A stretch of DNA of 64,000 nt from an uncultured Pseudomonadota bacterium (GTDB taxonomy: Bacteria > Pseudomonadota > Gammaproteobacteria > Steroidobacterales > Steroidobacteraceae), in assembly GCA_903938365.1 (NCBI GenBank), contig CAJACZ010000063.1:8712-72711 (forward strand), given 5' to 3'. Position 1 is the stretch's first letter, and each line of letters opens with the position of its first letter. Position numbers and translations under genes: made by a program. Shown piece by piece: positions 15,518 through 24,443 of this stretch. The notes beneath the pieces are model-generated. The model had not been told where the DNA came from and did not search any database. It worked only from the letters and a program-made list of their open reading frames with translations.

Positions 15518-15647
15518 GTCCGCCGCCGCGCGTTCGCCCGTGCTGCAGACGCGCGTCGAGGCTCGCGGAAATCGCGGCCTGCGCTGCGGCATAATGCAGT
15601 CCGTCTTTCATCCATCCTTCATGTCACCTGCCTCCCCGGGGTAACTC

Positions 15648-17195
15648 ATGTCCGACAAGCCGAAGAAGTACGACCTCCTCATCAAGAACGTGAAAGTGGT
15701 GCGCCCGCGCAAGACCACCGTGGAAAAGATGGATATCGCCGTGAAGGGCGGCAAGGTCGTCAAGGTGGCCAAGGGGCTGGCTGCGGCAGACGCGCAGAAG
15801 ATCGTCGATGGGAAGGGTCGCCTGGCCTTCCCGGGACTCGTCGATCCGCACATGCATACGGGCATCTACGGGCCGCTGTCCGAGGACGCGTACCGCGAGA
15901 GCCTCGCGGCCGCGCAGGGTGGCGTGACCTCGAGCCTCAACTACATGCGCACCGGCGGCTATTACATGGAGCGCGGCGGCCCCTACGCCGAGGTCTACCC
16001 GGAGGTGCTCGAACTGTCGAAGGACCGTTTCTGGGTGGACTACGCCTACCACCTCGCGCCGCTCGATCGCACGCACATCGGCGAGATCGACATGCTGATC
16101 GAGAAGTACGGGGTCACCTCGTTCAAGATCTTCATGTTCTACGGCGGATACGGCCTGCACGGCGCCTCCAGCTCGCAGCGCGAATTCCTCATGATCGGCG
16201 AGGACGAGAAGTACGACATCGCGCACTTCGAGTTCGTCATGCGCGGCGTGCATCGTGCGATGCTGCGCAATCCCAAGATCAAGGACTCGATTTCGCTCGG
16301 CCTGCACTGCGAACTCGCGGACATCCTCAGCGCCTACACCAAGATGGTGCAGGGTGGCGCCAAGGTCACCGACCTCGACACCTACCTCACCGGCGAAACA
16401 CATGATCCCGAATGCGTCGACTGCAAGCCGCTGACGGGCCTGCGCGCATACAGTGCCGCGCGTCCGCCGCACTCCGAGGGGCTCGCGATCACCATCGCGT
16501 CCTACCTTGCGAACGAGACGAACTGCCTCAACATCAACCTGCTGCACCTGACCTCCCGCAAGGCGGTCGAGGCTGCCCTGATCATGGCCAAGGCCTTCCC
16601 GCACGTGAACTTCAGGCGCGAGGTCACGATCGGTCACCTGTGCCTCGACTACGACGCCAAGGTCGGCAACCTCGCCAAGGTCAATCCGCCGATCCGTTCG
16701 CGCGACGACGTCGAGTTCCTGTGGCAGGCACTGCTCGACGGCAAGCTCGACTGGGTCTGCTCCGACCATGCCTGCTGCAAGACCGAGAAGAAGCTCGGCA
16801 AGGGCAAGGACAAGAAGGACATCTTCATGGCGAAGTCGGGTTTCGGCGGCACGGAGTTCATGCTCCCTGCGCTGATCACCGAGGGCAAGCCGCGCGGCCT
16901 GTCCTACAACCGCATGGCCGAGCTCACCTCCTGGAATGCGGCACGGCGTTTTGGCCTGAAGGGCAAGGGCGACATCGCTCCCGGCTTCGATGCCGACATC
17001 GTGCTTGTCGACCCGAAGAAAAGCTTCGTCGCCAGCGGCAAGCTGTCCGAGTCGCAGCAGGGCTATTCGGTGTTCGAGGGCATGGAAATGAGCGCCTCGG
17101 TCACCAGTACCTTCCTCCGCGGCCAGCTGATCTATGATGACGGCAAGCCGGTCGGCAAGCCGATCGGCAAGTACCTGCATCGTCCCTACGCCTGA
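15648..17195 (+). CDS. cyclic amidohydrolase (dihydropyrimidinase/hydantoinase family)
   Basis: 515 aa. Metal-binding GLVDPHMH and a carboxylated-Lys context SFKIFMFYGG. Confidence 0.9.
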   Translation: MSDKPKKYDLLIKNVKVVRPRKTTVEKMDIAVKGGKVVKVAKGLAAADAQKIVDGKGRLAFPGLVDPHMHTGIYGPLSEDAYRESLAAAQGGVTSSLNYMRTGGYYMERGGPYAEVYPEVLELSKDRFWVDYAYHLAPLDRTHIGEIDMLIEKYGVTSFKIFMFYGGYGLHGASSSQREFLMIGEDEKYDIAHFEFVMRGVHRAMLRNPKIKDSISLGLHCELADILSAYTKMVQGGAKVTDLDTYLTGETHDPECVDCKPLTGLRAYSAARPPHSEGLAITIASYLANETNCLNINLLHLTSRKAVEAALIMAKAFPHVNFRREVTIGHLCLDYDAKVGNLAKVNPPIRSRDDVEFLWQALLDGKLDWVCSDHACCKTEKKLGKGKDKKDIFMAKSGFGGTEFMLPALITEGKPRGLSYNRMAELTSWNAARRFGLKGKGDIAPGFDADIVLVDPKKSFVASGKLSESQQGYSVFEGMEMSASVTSTFLRGQLIYDDGKPVGKPIGKYLHRPYA

Positions 17196-17211
17196 ACAGG
17201 AGTACAGCGAA

Positions 17212-17694
17212 ATGACCATCAAAGCCGGTGACCAGATGCCTTCGGGCGCCTTCAAGACCATGACCGCGGACGGCCTCCGCGAGGTTTCCACGGACGCCCT
17301 CTTCACGGGCAAGACGGTGGTGCTGTTCTCGGTGCCGGGCGCGTTCACGCCGACCTGCGACGCCAAGCACCTGCCGGGCTTCGTGCAGCATGCCGAGGCG
17401 ATGAAAGCCAAGGGCGTGGACAGCATCGCCTGCATGGCGGTCAACGACGTGTTCGTCATGAACGCCTGGGGCAAGGCAAGCAACGTGGGCGACAAGGTGA
17501 TGATGCTTGCCGACGGCAACGGCGACTATTCCAGGGCGCTCGGCCTGGAACTGGACGCCCGCGGATTCGGCATGGGCGTGCGCGGCAAGCGCTTCGCGAT
17601 CATCGTCCGGGACGGTGTCGCGAGCCAGGTCAACGTGGAAGAGGGCGGTGAGTTCAAGGTCTCCGCCGCTGATCACGTCCTCGGCCAGCTCTGA
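17212..17694 (+). CDS. peroxiredoxin (Prx5/PrxD type)
   Basis: CAGGAG lies upstream of ATG 17212. Peroxidatic Cys context VPGAFTPTC. The ORF-track start 17134 overlaps the upstream gene. Confidence 0.9.
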   Translation: MTIKAGDQMPSGAFKTMTADGLREVSTDALFTGKTVVLFSVPGAFTPTCDAKHLPGFVQHAEAMKAKGVDSIACMAVNDVFVMNAWGKASNVGDKVMMLADGNGDYSRALGLELDARGFGMGVRGKRFAIIVRDGVASQVNVEEGGEFKVSAADHVLGQL

Positions 17695-17724
17695 CGCCTG
17701 CCCTCTACCCAAGGTCTACTGCCC

Positions 17725-18729
17725 ATGCCCGACAAGAACCGCCGTATCACCTTTGCCCGTGTACCCCAGGGGCTGCCCGTCCCCGAGGATTTCGGGTCGG
17801 ACGAGACGGCCATACCGACCCCCGGGCCGGGGCAGTTCCTCTCCCGCACGCTGTTCCTCTCCCTCGATCCGTACTACCGGAACGTGATGAAGAACAGCCA
17901 GATCTACGCCGACCGCCTCGCTGCCGGCGACGTGATGGTCGGCGAGACGGTCGCGCAGGTCATCGATTCGCGCAATCCCGAGTTTCGCACCGGTGACATC
18001 GTCACCGTGCGCAACGGCTGGCAGGAGTACGGCCTGTCATCGGGGCAGGGCGTGAGGAAGATCGACCCCGCCATGGCCCCGGTCTCGACGGCGCTGGGTG
18101 TGCTCGGCATGCCTGGCCTGACGGGCTGGGCGGGCACGGTGTACCTGGGCGAGCCCCGTCCTGGGCAGACCTTCGTGGTCTCTGCCTGCACCGGGCCCGT
18201 GGGCAGCACGGCGGGACAGGTCGCGCGGCACATGGGTGCGCGCGTGGTCGGCATTGCCGGGTCCGCCGAGAAGTGCGATTACGCGGTCCGCGAACTGGGG
18301 TTCGATGCCTGCGTCGATTACAAGCAGGGCGACCTCGCCGCGCAGCTCAAGCAGGCCTGCCCCGACGGCATCGACGTCTACTTCGACAACGTGGCGGGCG
18401 ACACTCTGGTGGCGGTGCTGCGCAACCTGGCGATGGGCGCGCGCATCGTGCTGTGCGGCATGATCGAGGCCTACAGCATGGACAAGCCGCCGGCGGGTCC
18501 GTGGCTGGGCCCGGTCGTCGGTGCGCGGGCGAGCATGAAGGGCCTGGTGGTCTACGACCACATGCAGCGCATGCCCGAGATGACCCGCGTGATCGGTGGC
18601 TGGATCCGCAGCGGCCAGTTCCGCTATCGCGAAGACATCAGCGAAGGCATTGCCTCCGCACCCGAGGCGTTCTGCAGGCTGATGCGCGGCGGGAACTTCG
18701 GCAAGTCACTGGTGCGCGTGGGCAGCTGA
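17725..18729 (+). CDS. NADP-dependent alkenal/enone oxidoreductase (zinc-independent MDR, YncB/CurA/PTGR1-like)
   Basis: 334 aa with the typical N-terminus (..FLSLDPYYRN) and GxxGxxG region (VSACTGPVGSTAGQ). Confidence 0.88.
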   Translation: MPDKNRRITFARVPQGLPVPEDFGSDETAIPTPGPGQFLSRTLFLSLDPYYRNVMKNSQIYADRLAAGDVMVGETVAQVIDSRNPEFRTGDIVTVRNGWQEYGLSSGQGVRKIDPAMAPVSTALGVLGMPGLTGWAGTVYLGEPRPGQTFVVSACTGPVGSTAGQVARHMGARVVGIAGSAEKCDYAVRELGFDACVDYKQGDLAAQLKQACPDGIDVYFDNVAGDTLVAVLRNLAMGARIVLCGMIEAYSMDKPPAGPWLGPVVGARASMKGLVVYDHMQRMPEMTRVIGGWIRSGQFRYREDISEGIASAPEAFCRLMRGGNFGKSLVRVGS

Positions 18730-18759
18730 GCCTCCGCACGGCGCCGGCCCCCAGGCCCT

Positions 18760-19230
18760 TCAGGGTCTCGCGGCGAAACCCGGCGTCGCGGCTTTTTCGT
18801 AGAGCTCGCGGATGTAGGCGATCGGTGCCAGCGGCGCCTCGACGTACTGGGCGAACTTCCATCCTGCGGGTGTGCGCCTGAAAGTTGCGCACACCCGGTT
18901 GTCGCCGCCCATCGGGCGCGATTCGCCCCGGACCAGGGCATCCCAGTGCATGCGGTAGATCGCCGTGACGAGCCCCGGGGCGAGTTCGCGCAGCACGGGG
19001 TCATCGACGATGTTCATGCCCATCTTCTCGATCGCGCGTCCCGTGAAATCCCAGTAGGCCTGCAGCTGTTCCCAGTCGAGGCGGGGCTGCGCGGCTTCCT
19101 CGGCGAAATAGATCGGGTCGTGCGCGGGGTCCCACAGCCTGCGAATGCGGGCAAAGTCGAGGGTCCGCCAGCCCTCTTCGAGCTCGGCGAGAAGATCGAG
19201 GATCGCGGCGCGGTCGGCAATGTCGATCAT
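18760..19230 (-). CDS. NTF2/SnoaL-like fold protein
   Basis: 156 aa. The size and pattern (ILDLLAELEEGWRTLDF.., FAEEA...DWEQ) fit a SnoaL/DUF4440-type cone fold. It lies 27 nt downstream of the MFS gene. Confidence 0.6.
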   Translation of the reverse strand: MIDIADRAAILDLLAELEEGWRTLDFARIRRLWDPAHDPIYFAEEAAQPRLDWEQLQAYWDFTGRAIEKMGMNIVDDPVLRELAPGLVTAIYRMHWDALVRGESRPMGGDNRVCATFRRTPAGWKFAQYVEAPLAPIAYIRELYEKAATPGFAARP

Positions 19231-19257
19231 GGTGTCGTCCCCCGGCAGGTGTGGTGT

Positions 19258-20469
19258 CTAGGCCTTCGGCGTGCTTCCCGACTCGGCGGCGCGCAACGAG
19301 ACCCAGGCCAGCACGCAGGCCAGGGCCATCAGGATCGCGCAACGCTCGGCGCCACCATCGTAGGCGATGCCCGTGGCCATTGCGCTGAACATCGAGACCA
19401 GCATGGCGATCGAACTCGAGAAGCCCGCCGCGACGCCGGCCATTTCAGGGTGGGGACCCACCGCCCCGGCGAGCGCGAGCGGCGACACCAGGCCATTGGT
19501 GTACACCAGCAGCACGAGCGCGCCGGTGAACAAGGCGAAGTGCGGTTGCGCAGCGAATGCTGCAATGACGAAGAGCGTGGCGGCGACAAGCTTGAGCCGC
19601 AGGCCGATGTGCATGATGCGGGAGCTGCCGTGGCGGCGTGACAGCGCGCCGGCGGACACGGCGCCGCTGACGTAGGCGGCGGCAAGGAACGCCCACATCA
19701 CCCCGAATCGGGCGGCCGACATGCCGAACAGGCGGTTGAACAGGTCAGCCCCCACGGTGATGAACATGAATGATGCGCCACTGACGAAGCTGTAGACCAG
19801 CGCATGCCCCATGAAGCTGCGCTCGCGGGCCAGCAGGCGGAAGCCGCGCAGCAGTTCGCCCACCGACAGGGGTTGGACGCGCTGCGGGCGCGTTTCCTTG
19901 AGCTGCAGTCCCAGCAGCACCAGCAGTGCCGCGGCCATGCCGGCATGCAGCCAGAACACGGAGCGCCAGCCGAAAACCTCTGCGGCGGCGCCGCCGGCCA
20001 GTGGCGCGATCACGGGCGCCACGCCCATCACCGCCGAGATGAACGACAGGGCGACCGCGGCAGGCTCGGGTTCGTAGGAGTCGCGGACGATGGCCCGCGA
20101 GACGACGGTGGCGACGCTGACGCCCATGGACTGCAGGAACCTGGCGAGCACCAGCGCCGGAAGGGATTCGGCGAAGCTTGCCAGCAGGCTGGCCGCCAGG
20201 AACACCGCGAAGCCGCCCAGCAGCACCGGGCGGCGGCCGTATCGGTCGCAGAGCACGCCCTGCACGGGCTGGAAGACGCCCAGTCCGAGCAGGTACGCGG
20301 AGACGACGAACTGCAGGGATGCGTAATCGACCTGCAGGGACTGCCCCATCACGGGCAGGATCGGGACGACGCTCGACATGCCGAAGGCGGACAGGCCGCT
20401 GGTCGCGCCCAGCAAGGCAATGAAAGCCCAGCGGGGGCCGGGCTCCCGCTGGGCGGCGGCCGTTGTCAC
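19258..20469 (-). CDS. MFS transporter (Bcr/CflA drug-resistance type)
   Basis: 403 aa, 12-TM pattern, with motif A-like [14 protein letters not shown]. Confidence 0.85.
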   Translation of the reverse strand: MTTAAAQREPGPRWAFIALLGATSGLSAFGMSSVVPILPVMGQSLQVDYASLQFVVSAYLLGLGVFQPVQGVLCDRYGRRPVLLGGFAVFLAASLLASFAESLPALVLARFLQSMGVSVATVVSRAIVRDSYEPEPAAVALSFISAVMGVAPVIAPLAGGAAAEVFGWRSVFWLHAGMAAALLVLLGLQLKETRPQRVQPLSVGELLRGFRLLARERSFMGHALVYSFVSGASFMFITVGADLFNRLFGMSAARFGVMWAFLAAAYVSGAVSAGALSRRHGSSRIMHIGLRLKLVAATLFVIAAFAAQPHFALFTGALVLLVYTNGLVSPLALAGAVGPHPEMAGVAAGFSSSIAMLVSMFSAMATGIAYDGGAERCAILMALACVLAWVSLRAAESGSTPKA

Positions 20470-20482
20470 AGCCGGCGGTGGC

Positions 20483-21433
20483 CTATTTCGCGGCGGCGAT
20501 CAGCCGCTCGAGTTCCGGCGCGATCTGGAAGAGGTCGCCCACCAGACCGATGTCGGCGATTTCGAAGATCGGCGCTTCGGAGTCCTTGTTGACCGCGACG
20601 ATGGTGCGCGCGTCCTTGATGCCGGTGAGGTGCTGGATGGCGCCCGAGATGCCGAAGCACAGGTACAGTTCGGGGGAGATGATCTTGCCCGTCTGCCCGA
20701 CCTGCATGTCGTTGGCGGCATAGCCGGCGTCGACGGCGGCACGCGAGGCGCCCACTGCAGCAGCCATGCGGTCCGCCAGGCTGTAGAGGATCTGGAAGTT
20801 CTCGGCGCTGCCCAGGGCGCGACCGCCCGAGACCACGCGCGCTGCGGTCTGCAGGTCGGGGCGGTCGGAGCGCGCCGCCGACACCGAGACGAACCGGGTG
20901 TGGGTGGGCAGCTCGACCTGCACTGCAGCGGCTTCGACCGGGGCGTTGCCGCCGGATCCGGCGGCCTCGAAGGAAGCCGTGCGAACGGTGGCAACCAGCT
21001 GCGTGCCCGCAGCGACCTCGACGGTGACGATCGCATTGCCCGCGTACATGGGGCGGCGGAAGCGGGTCGCGCTCTCGACGGCCATGATGTCCGAGAGCTG
21101 CGGGGCGCCCAGCAGCCCCGCGACGCGCGGCATGAGGTCCTTGCCGAAGGTCGTCGAGGGACCGAAGACGTGGGTGTATCCGTTCGCCAGCGCGGCGAGC
21201 TGCGGCGCCAGCGTGGCGGCGACGGGTTGGGCATTGGCCGGGTGGTCGACGCGCAGCACGCGCGCGACGCCCGCCAGCTGCGCGGCCTGCGCGGCCACCG
21301 CGGCACTGTCCGCGGCGAACACGGCTACGGTGATTTCAGCGCCCGCGACAGCCGCTGCGCAGGTGACGCACTTGGCGGTGGCCTGGTTGAGGCGGCTGCC
21401 ATCATGTTCGGCAATGATCAGTATCTTGCTCAT
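20483..21433 (-). CDS. etfA: electron transfer flavoprotein alpha subunit
   Basis: The real start is ATG at 21433 ([12 protein letters not shown]...). The C-terminal FAD block reads [30 protein letters not shown]. The ORF-track N-terminal extension overlaps etfB. Confidence 0.92.
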   Translation of the reverse strand: MSKILIIAEHDGSRLNQATAKCVTCAAAVAGAEITVAVFAADSAAVAAQAAQLAGVARVLRVDHPANAQPVAATLAPQLAALANGYTHVFGPSTTFGKDLMPRVAGLLGAPQLSDIMAVESATRFRRPMYAGNAIVTVEVAAGTQLVATVRTASFEAAGSGGNAPVEAAAVQVELPTHTRFVSVSAARSDRPDLQTAARVVSGGRALGSAENFQILYSLADRMAAAVGASRAAVDAGYAANDMQVGQTGKIISPELYLCFGISGAIQHLTGIKDARTIVAVNKDSEAPIFEIADIGLVGDLFQIAPELERLIAAAK

Positions 21434-21450
21434 GGGGAATTCCTCGGGTC

Positions 21451-22200
21451 TCAGACCAGGCCTTTCTTCTGCAGGGCCGCGAACAGTTCCTGCGCGTCCT
21501 TCACCATGACGCCACGGGAGCGCTGCGCAGGAGGTTCGAACTTGACCATCTGCACCTGCTGCAGGGCTTCGACGCCCAGCGATGCGAGGTCCAGGATGTC
21601 GAGCGGCTTCTTCTTGGCCTTCATGATGTCCGGCAGCTTGACGTAGCGTGGCTCGTTCAGCCGCAGGTCCGTGGTGATCACCGCCGGGAGATCGACATTC
21701 AGGGTCTCGAGGCCCGCGTCGACCTCGCGCGTGACCGTGGCGGTGCCGCCTTCGATCTCCACCCGGGAGGCGAAGGTGGCCTGCGGGCGGCCCCACAGCG
21801 CGGCGAGGATCTGGCCGGTCTGGCTGGCGTCGTCGTCGATGGCCTGCTTGCCCAGGATGGCGAGCATGACCTGCTCCTTTTCGGCCAGCTTGTGCAGGAC
21901 GCGCGCGGCGACCAGCGGCTCGATGATCGCGTCGGTCTGCACGTGGATGGCGCGATCCGCGCCCATCGCGAGCCCGGTGCGCAGCTGCTGCTGGCAGTCG
22001 GAGGGGCCGATCGTCACCACGATCACTTCCTCGGCCAGGCCTTTTTCCTTCAGTCGCAGGGCCTCTTCGAGGGCGATCTCGTCGAAGGGGTTGATGCTCA
22101 TCTTCACGCCGTCGGTGACGACGCCGGTGCCGTCCGGTTTCACCCGGATCCGGACGTTGTAGTCCACGACTCGCTTGATCGCGACGAGGATGCGTTTCAT
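21451..22200 (-). CDS. etfB: electron transfer flavoprotein beta subunit
   Basis: MKRILVAIKRVVDYNVRIRV..., a typical EtfB, 17 nt upstream of etfA. Confidence 0.92.
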   Translation of the reverse strand: MKRILVAIKRVVDYNVRIRVKPDGTGVVTDGVKMSINPFDEIALEEALRLKEKGLAEEVIVVTIGPSDCQQQLRTGLAMGADRAIHVQTDAIIEPLVAARVLHKLAEKEQVMLAILGKQAIDDDASQTGQILAALWGRPQATFASRVEIEGGTATVTREVDAGLETLNVDLPAVITTDLRLNEPRYVKLPDIMKAKKKPLDILDLASLGVEALQQVQMVKFEPPAQRSRGVMVKDAQELFAALQKKGLV

Positions 22201-22363
22201 GGCCTGGGACGCTCCGTCAAATGCTGGTGTGCAGGGGTTCCAAAGGATTGAAACCGTTGGGGAAAGGGTCTGGTGAGGAGGGCGTCTGGGTGCCGCTCCT
22301 GCACCGCATCATAACCGGCGTTCAGGGCCGGCGTCATCCGCCTCCGGCAGGCCGGCGGGCGCC

Positions 22364-23179
22364 TCAGCGTGCGGGGGGCGCGGGACGCGGCTGACGGGGC
22401 GGGTCGCGCTGCTGCTCGGCGAAGGTCTGCCGGATCTTCTGTGCGGTGTCGCGCAGCTTGGGCAGGAAGCGCTCGACGGCGAGTTTCAGCGGCACTGCGG
22501 TGCCGCTGAAGCGCATCATCACCGCCGCCAGCACCCGGTCGTCGATCATGATCGGCACGGCCATGCTGATTTCGTCCGACACGCGCCTCGGCCTCACCGC
22601 AGAGGCGTAGCCCTGCATGCGCGCCTCGTTGAGCAGTTTCATCACTTCGGTGCGGTTCTTCGCCAGTTCGTCCTCTTCGCGGTTGGAGCGCGCGAGGATG
22701 TCCAGCAGCGACTCGCGCTGGGTGGGGGAGGAGAACGCGAGGTAGACCCGGCCCGAGGAGGACGTGAGTATCGGCACGCGGAAGCCGGCCGAGTAGCGCT
22801 CGACGGCCAGCGGGCTGCGGTGGTCGGTGGATTCGCGCACCATCATCGAACTGCCCGACAGCGAGGCGATGGCCACGGGCCAGACGATTTCCTTGCCGAG
22901 TTCGTGGATGTACGGGCGGGCGATCTGGGTCACCCAGGCTTCGTCGTCGTAACCATCCGAGAGACCCCGGACCATGATCGTGAGCCGGTAGCGGTCGTCG
23001 GCGCCGTCGCGATAGACGAAGCCGGCATGGCTGAGCGTCTCGAGGATCCGGTAGGTGGTAGTGCGCGGCAGCCTGATTTCCTGCGCGACCTCGGACACGG
23101 TGGCCCCGTTCTTCAGGTTGAGCACGGTGAGCGCATCGAGGCCGCGGATCAGCGCTCGGATCGGTCGCGTGGAGTCCAT
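22364..23179 (-). CDS. IclR-family transcriptional regulator
   Basis: N-terminal HTH (RALIRGLDALTVLNLKNGATVSEVAQEIRLPRTTTYRILETL) plus an IclR effector domain. Confidence 0.9.
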   Translation of the reverse strand: MDSTRPIRALIRGLDALTVLNLKNGATVSEVAQEIRLPRTTTYRILETLSHAGFVYRDGADDRYRLTIMVRGLSDGYDDEAWVTQIARPYIHELGKEIVWPVAIASLSGSSMMVRESTDHRSPLAVERYSAGFRVPILTSSSGRVYLAFSSPTQRESLLDILARSNREEDELAKNRTEVMKLLNEARMQGYASAVRPRRVSDEISMAVPIMIDDRVLAAVMMRFSGTAVPLKLAVERFLPKLRDTAQKIRQTFAEQQRDPPRQPRPAPPAR

Positions 23180-23436
23180 TGAGTTGCCCGTCTCCTGAAA
23201 CAGCCGTGAAGTCGGTAATCGGAACTGGCTTTAGTGTAGGAAGGTCGGCGCCCGCTGTCCAACAAGCGGTCACCGTCCCGCCCCTCGGACAGGCGTCCGG
23301 GTCCCCGGCCATAATCCCGCCAGCGCGATCCATGCCGCGAATGACTGGCAGGAGGCGCGCCGTACCGGCATATTCGCCGCTCTTTGCAACGGAGGCGCAG
23401 GCCTTCCCGTCCCACTGGAATATCACGGAAGAACGG

Positions 23437-24441
23437 ATGCACTACGACTACATACCGATCACCCATCGTCAGCCGCTCAAATGGCCGGGTGGCAAGCGTG
23501 TCGCGCTGATCATGACGATCAACCTCGAGACCTGGGACCTCACCAAGGACACCGACAAGCCCTATTACGCGGGCGGTCCGGCGATCCTTCCGGACGTGCT
23601 GCCGGGCAACACGCCGGACTTCCCGAACTTCACGTGGCGCGAGTACGGCCAGCGCGTCGGCGTGTTCCGCATGTTCGACATGTTCGACGAGGTCAAGGTG
23701 CGGCCGTCGTGCACGATCAACGCCGTGACCGCATTGCGCCGGCGCCCGATGCTCGATGCCGCCCTGTCGCGTGGCTGCGAGATCCTCGCGCACAACTACG
23801 AGCAGGGCGAACTGCTGACCAACTTTGCCAAGGACCCGGCGGCCGAGCGCGACATCATCGAGCGCAGCCTGAAGGTCTATGAAGAGCAGGTCGGTCGCAA
23901 GGCCAAGGGCTGGCTGTCTTCGTCGCTGCGCGGCACGCTCAACACGGCCGACATCCTGGCCGAGCACGGACTCAAGTTCTATTGCGACCTGATGAACGAC
24001 GACCAGCCCTACCTGATCCAGACACCGCACGGGCCGATCGTCTCCACGCCCTACACGAACGAGATCAACGATTTCACGATCCTCACGCGTCGCAACCACA
24101 CGACCAGCGAGTTCCGCGACATCCTGATCGAGGAACTGTCGGTGCTCTACAAGGAAGGTGCCGAGAGCGGCCGGATGATGAATGTCGGCCTGCACCCGCA
24201 TGTCAGCGGCCGCGCATACCGCATCCGCGCGCTGCGTGAGTTCGTGCGCTTCGCGAAGTCGCTCAAGGGCGTCTGGTGGGCCACGCGCGAGGAGATCGCC
24301 GAGTGGTACCTGCAGAACCACGAAAGCCACATTCCCACCGGGGGTGCCGCGGTGACCGCCCGCGCGCCCCGCAAGCCCGCCCGCAAGACGCCGGCGAAGG
24401 CGAGCACCCGCAGCAAGCCCGGCAAGTCACGGAGGTCCTGA
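23437..24441 (+). CDS. polysaccharide-deacetylase-fold hydrolase (PuuE-allantoinase-like) with basic C-terminal tail
   Basis: Internal start ATG 23437 (MHYDYIPI..). Blocks WPGGKRVALIMTINLE, REYGQRVGVFR and a LHPH region. Tail APRKPARKTPAKASTRSKPGKSRRS. Confidence 0.78.
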   Translation: MHYDYIPITHRQPLKWPGGKRVALIMTINLETWDLTKDTDKPYYAGGPAILPDVLPGNTPDFPNFTWREYGQRVGVFRMFDMFDEVKVRPSCTINAVTALRRRPMLDAALSRGCEILAHNYEQGELLTNFAKDPAAERDIIERSLKVYEEQVGRKAKGWLSSSLRGTLNTADILAEHGLKFYCDLMNDDQPYLIQTPHGPIVSTPYTNEINDFTILTRRNHTTSEFRDILIEELSVLYKEGAESGRMMNVGLHPHVSGRAYRIRALREFVRFAKSLKGVWWATREEIAEWYLQNHESHIPTGGAAVTARAPRKPARKTPAKASTRSKPGKSRRS

Positions 24442-24443
24442 AC

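Noticed and set aside
15624-17519. 631-aa minus-strand ORF. Similar cases are 43366..45258 (630 aa), 24447..26003 (518 aa), 25988..27400 (470 aa), 36910..38307 (465 aa) and 33676..35046 (456 aa).
   Set aside because: All are antisense to genes with strong family signatures (hydantoinase, TonB receptor, ALDH, MFS, FAD oxidase). They show the Arg/Gly/Ala/His-rich low-information composition of GC-driven open frames.
20483-21796. 437-aa form of etfA, and similar long N-terminal extensions of gspG/J/K/L/M, fabD/G/F, the rhodanese and the peroxiredoxin
   Set aside because: The extensions overlap upstream genes and lack homology. Internal starts give canonical N-termini ([10 protein letters not shown].., prepilin leaders, MALAFVFPGQG..) and RBS or stop-start coupling.
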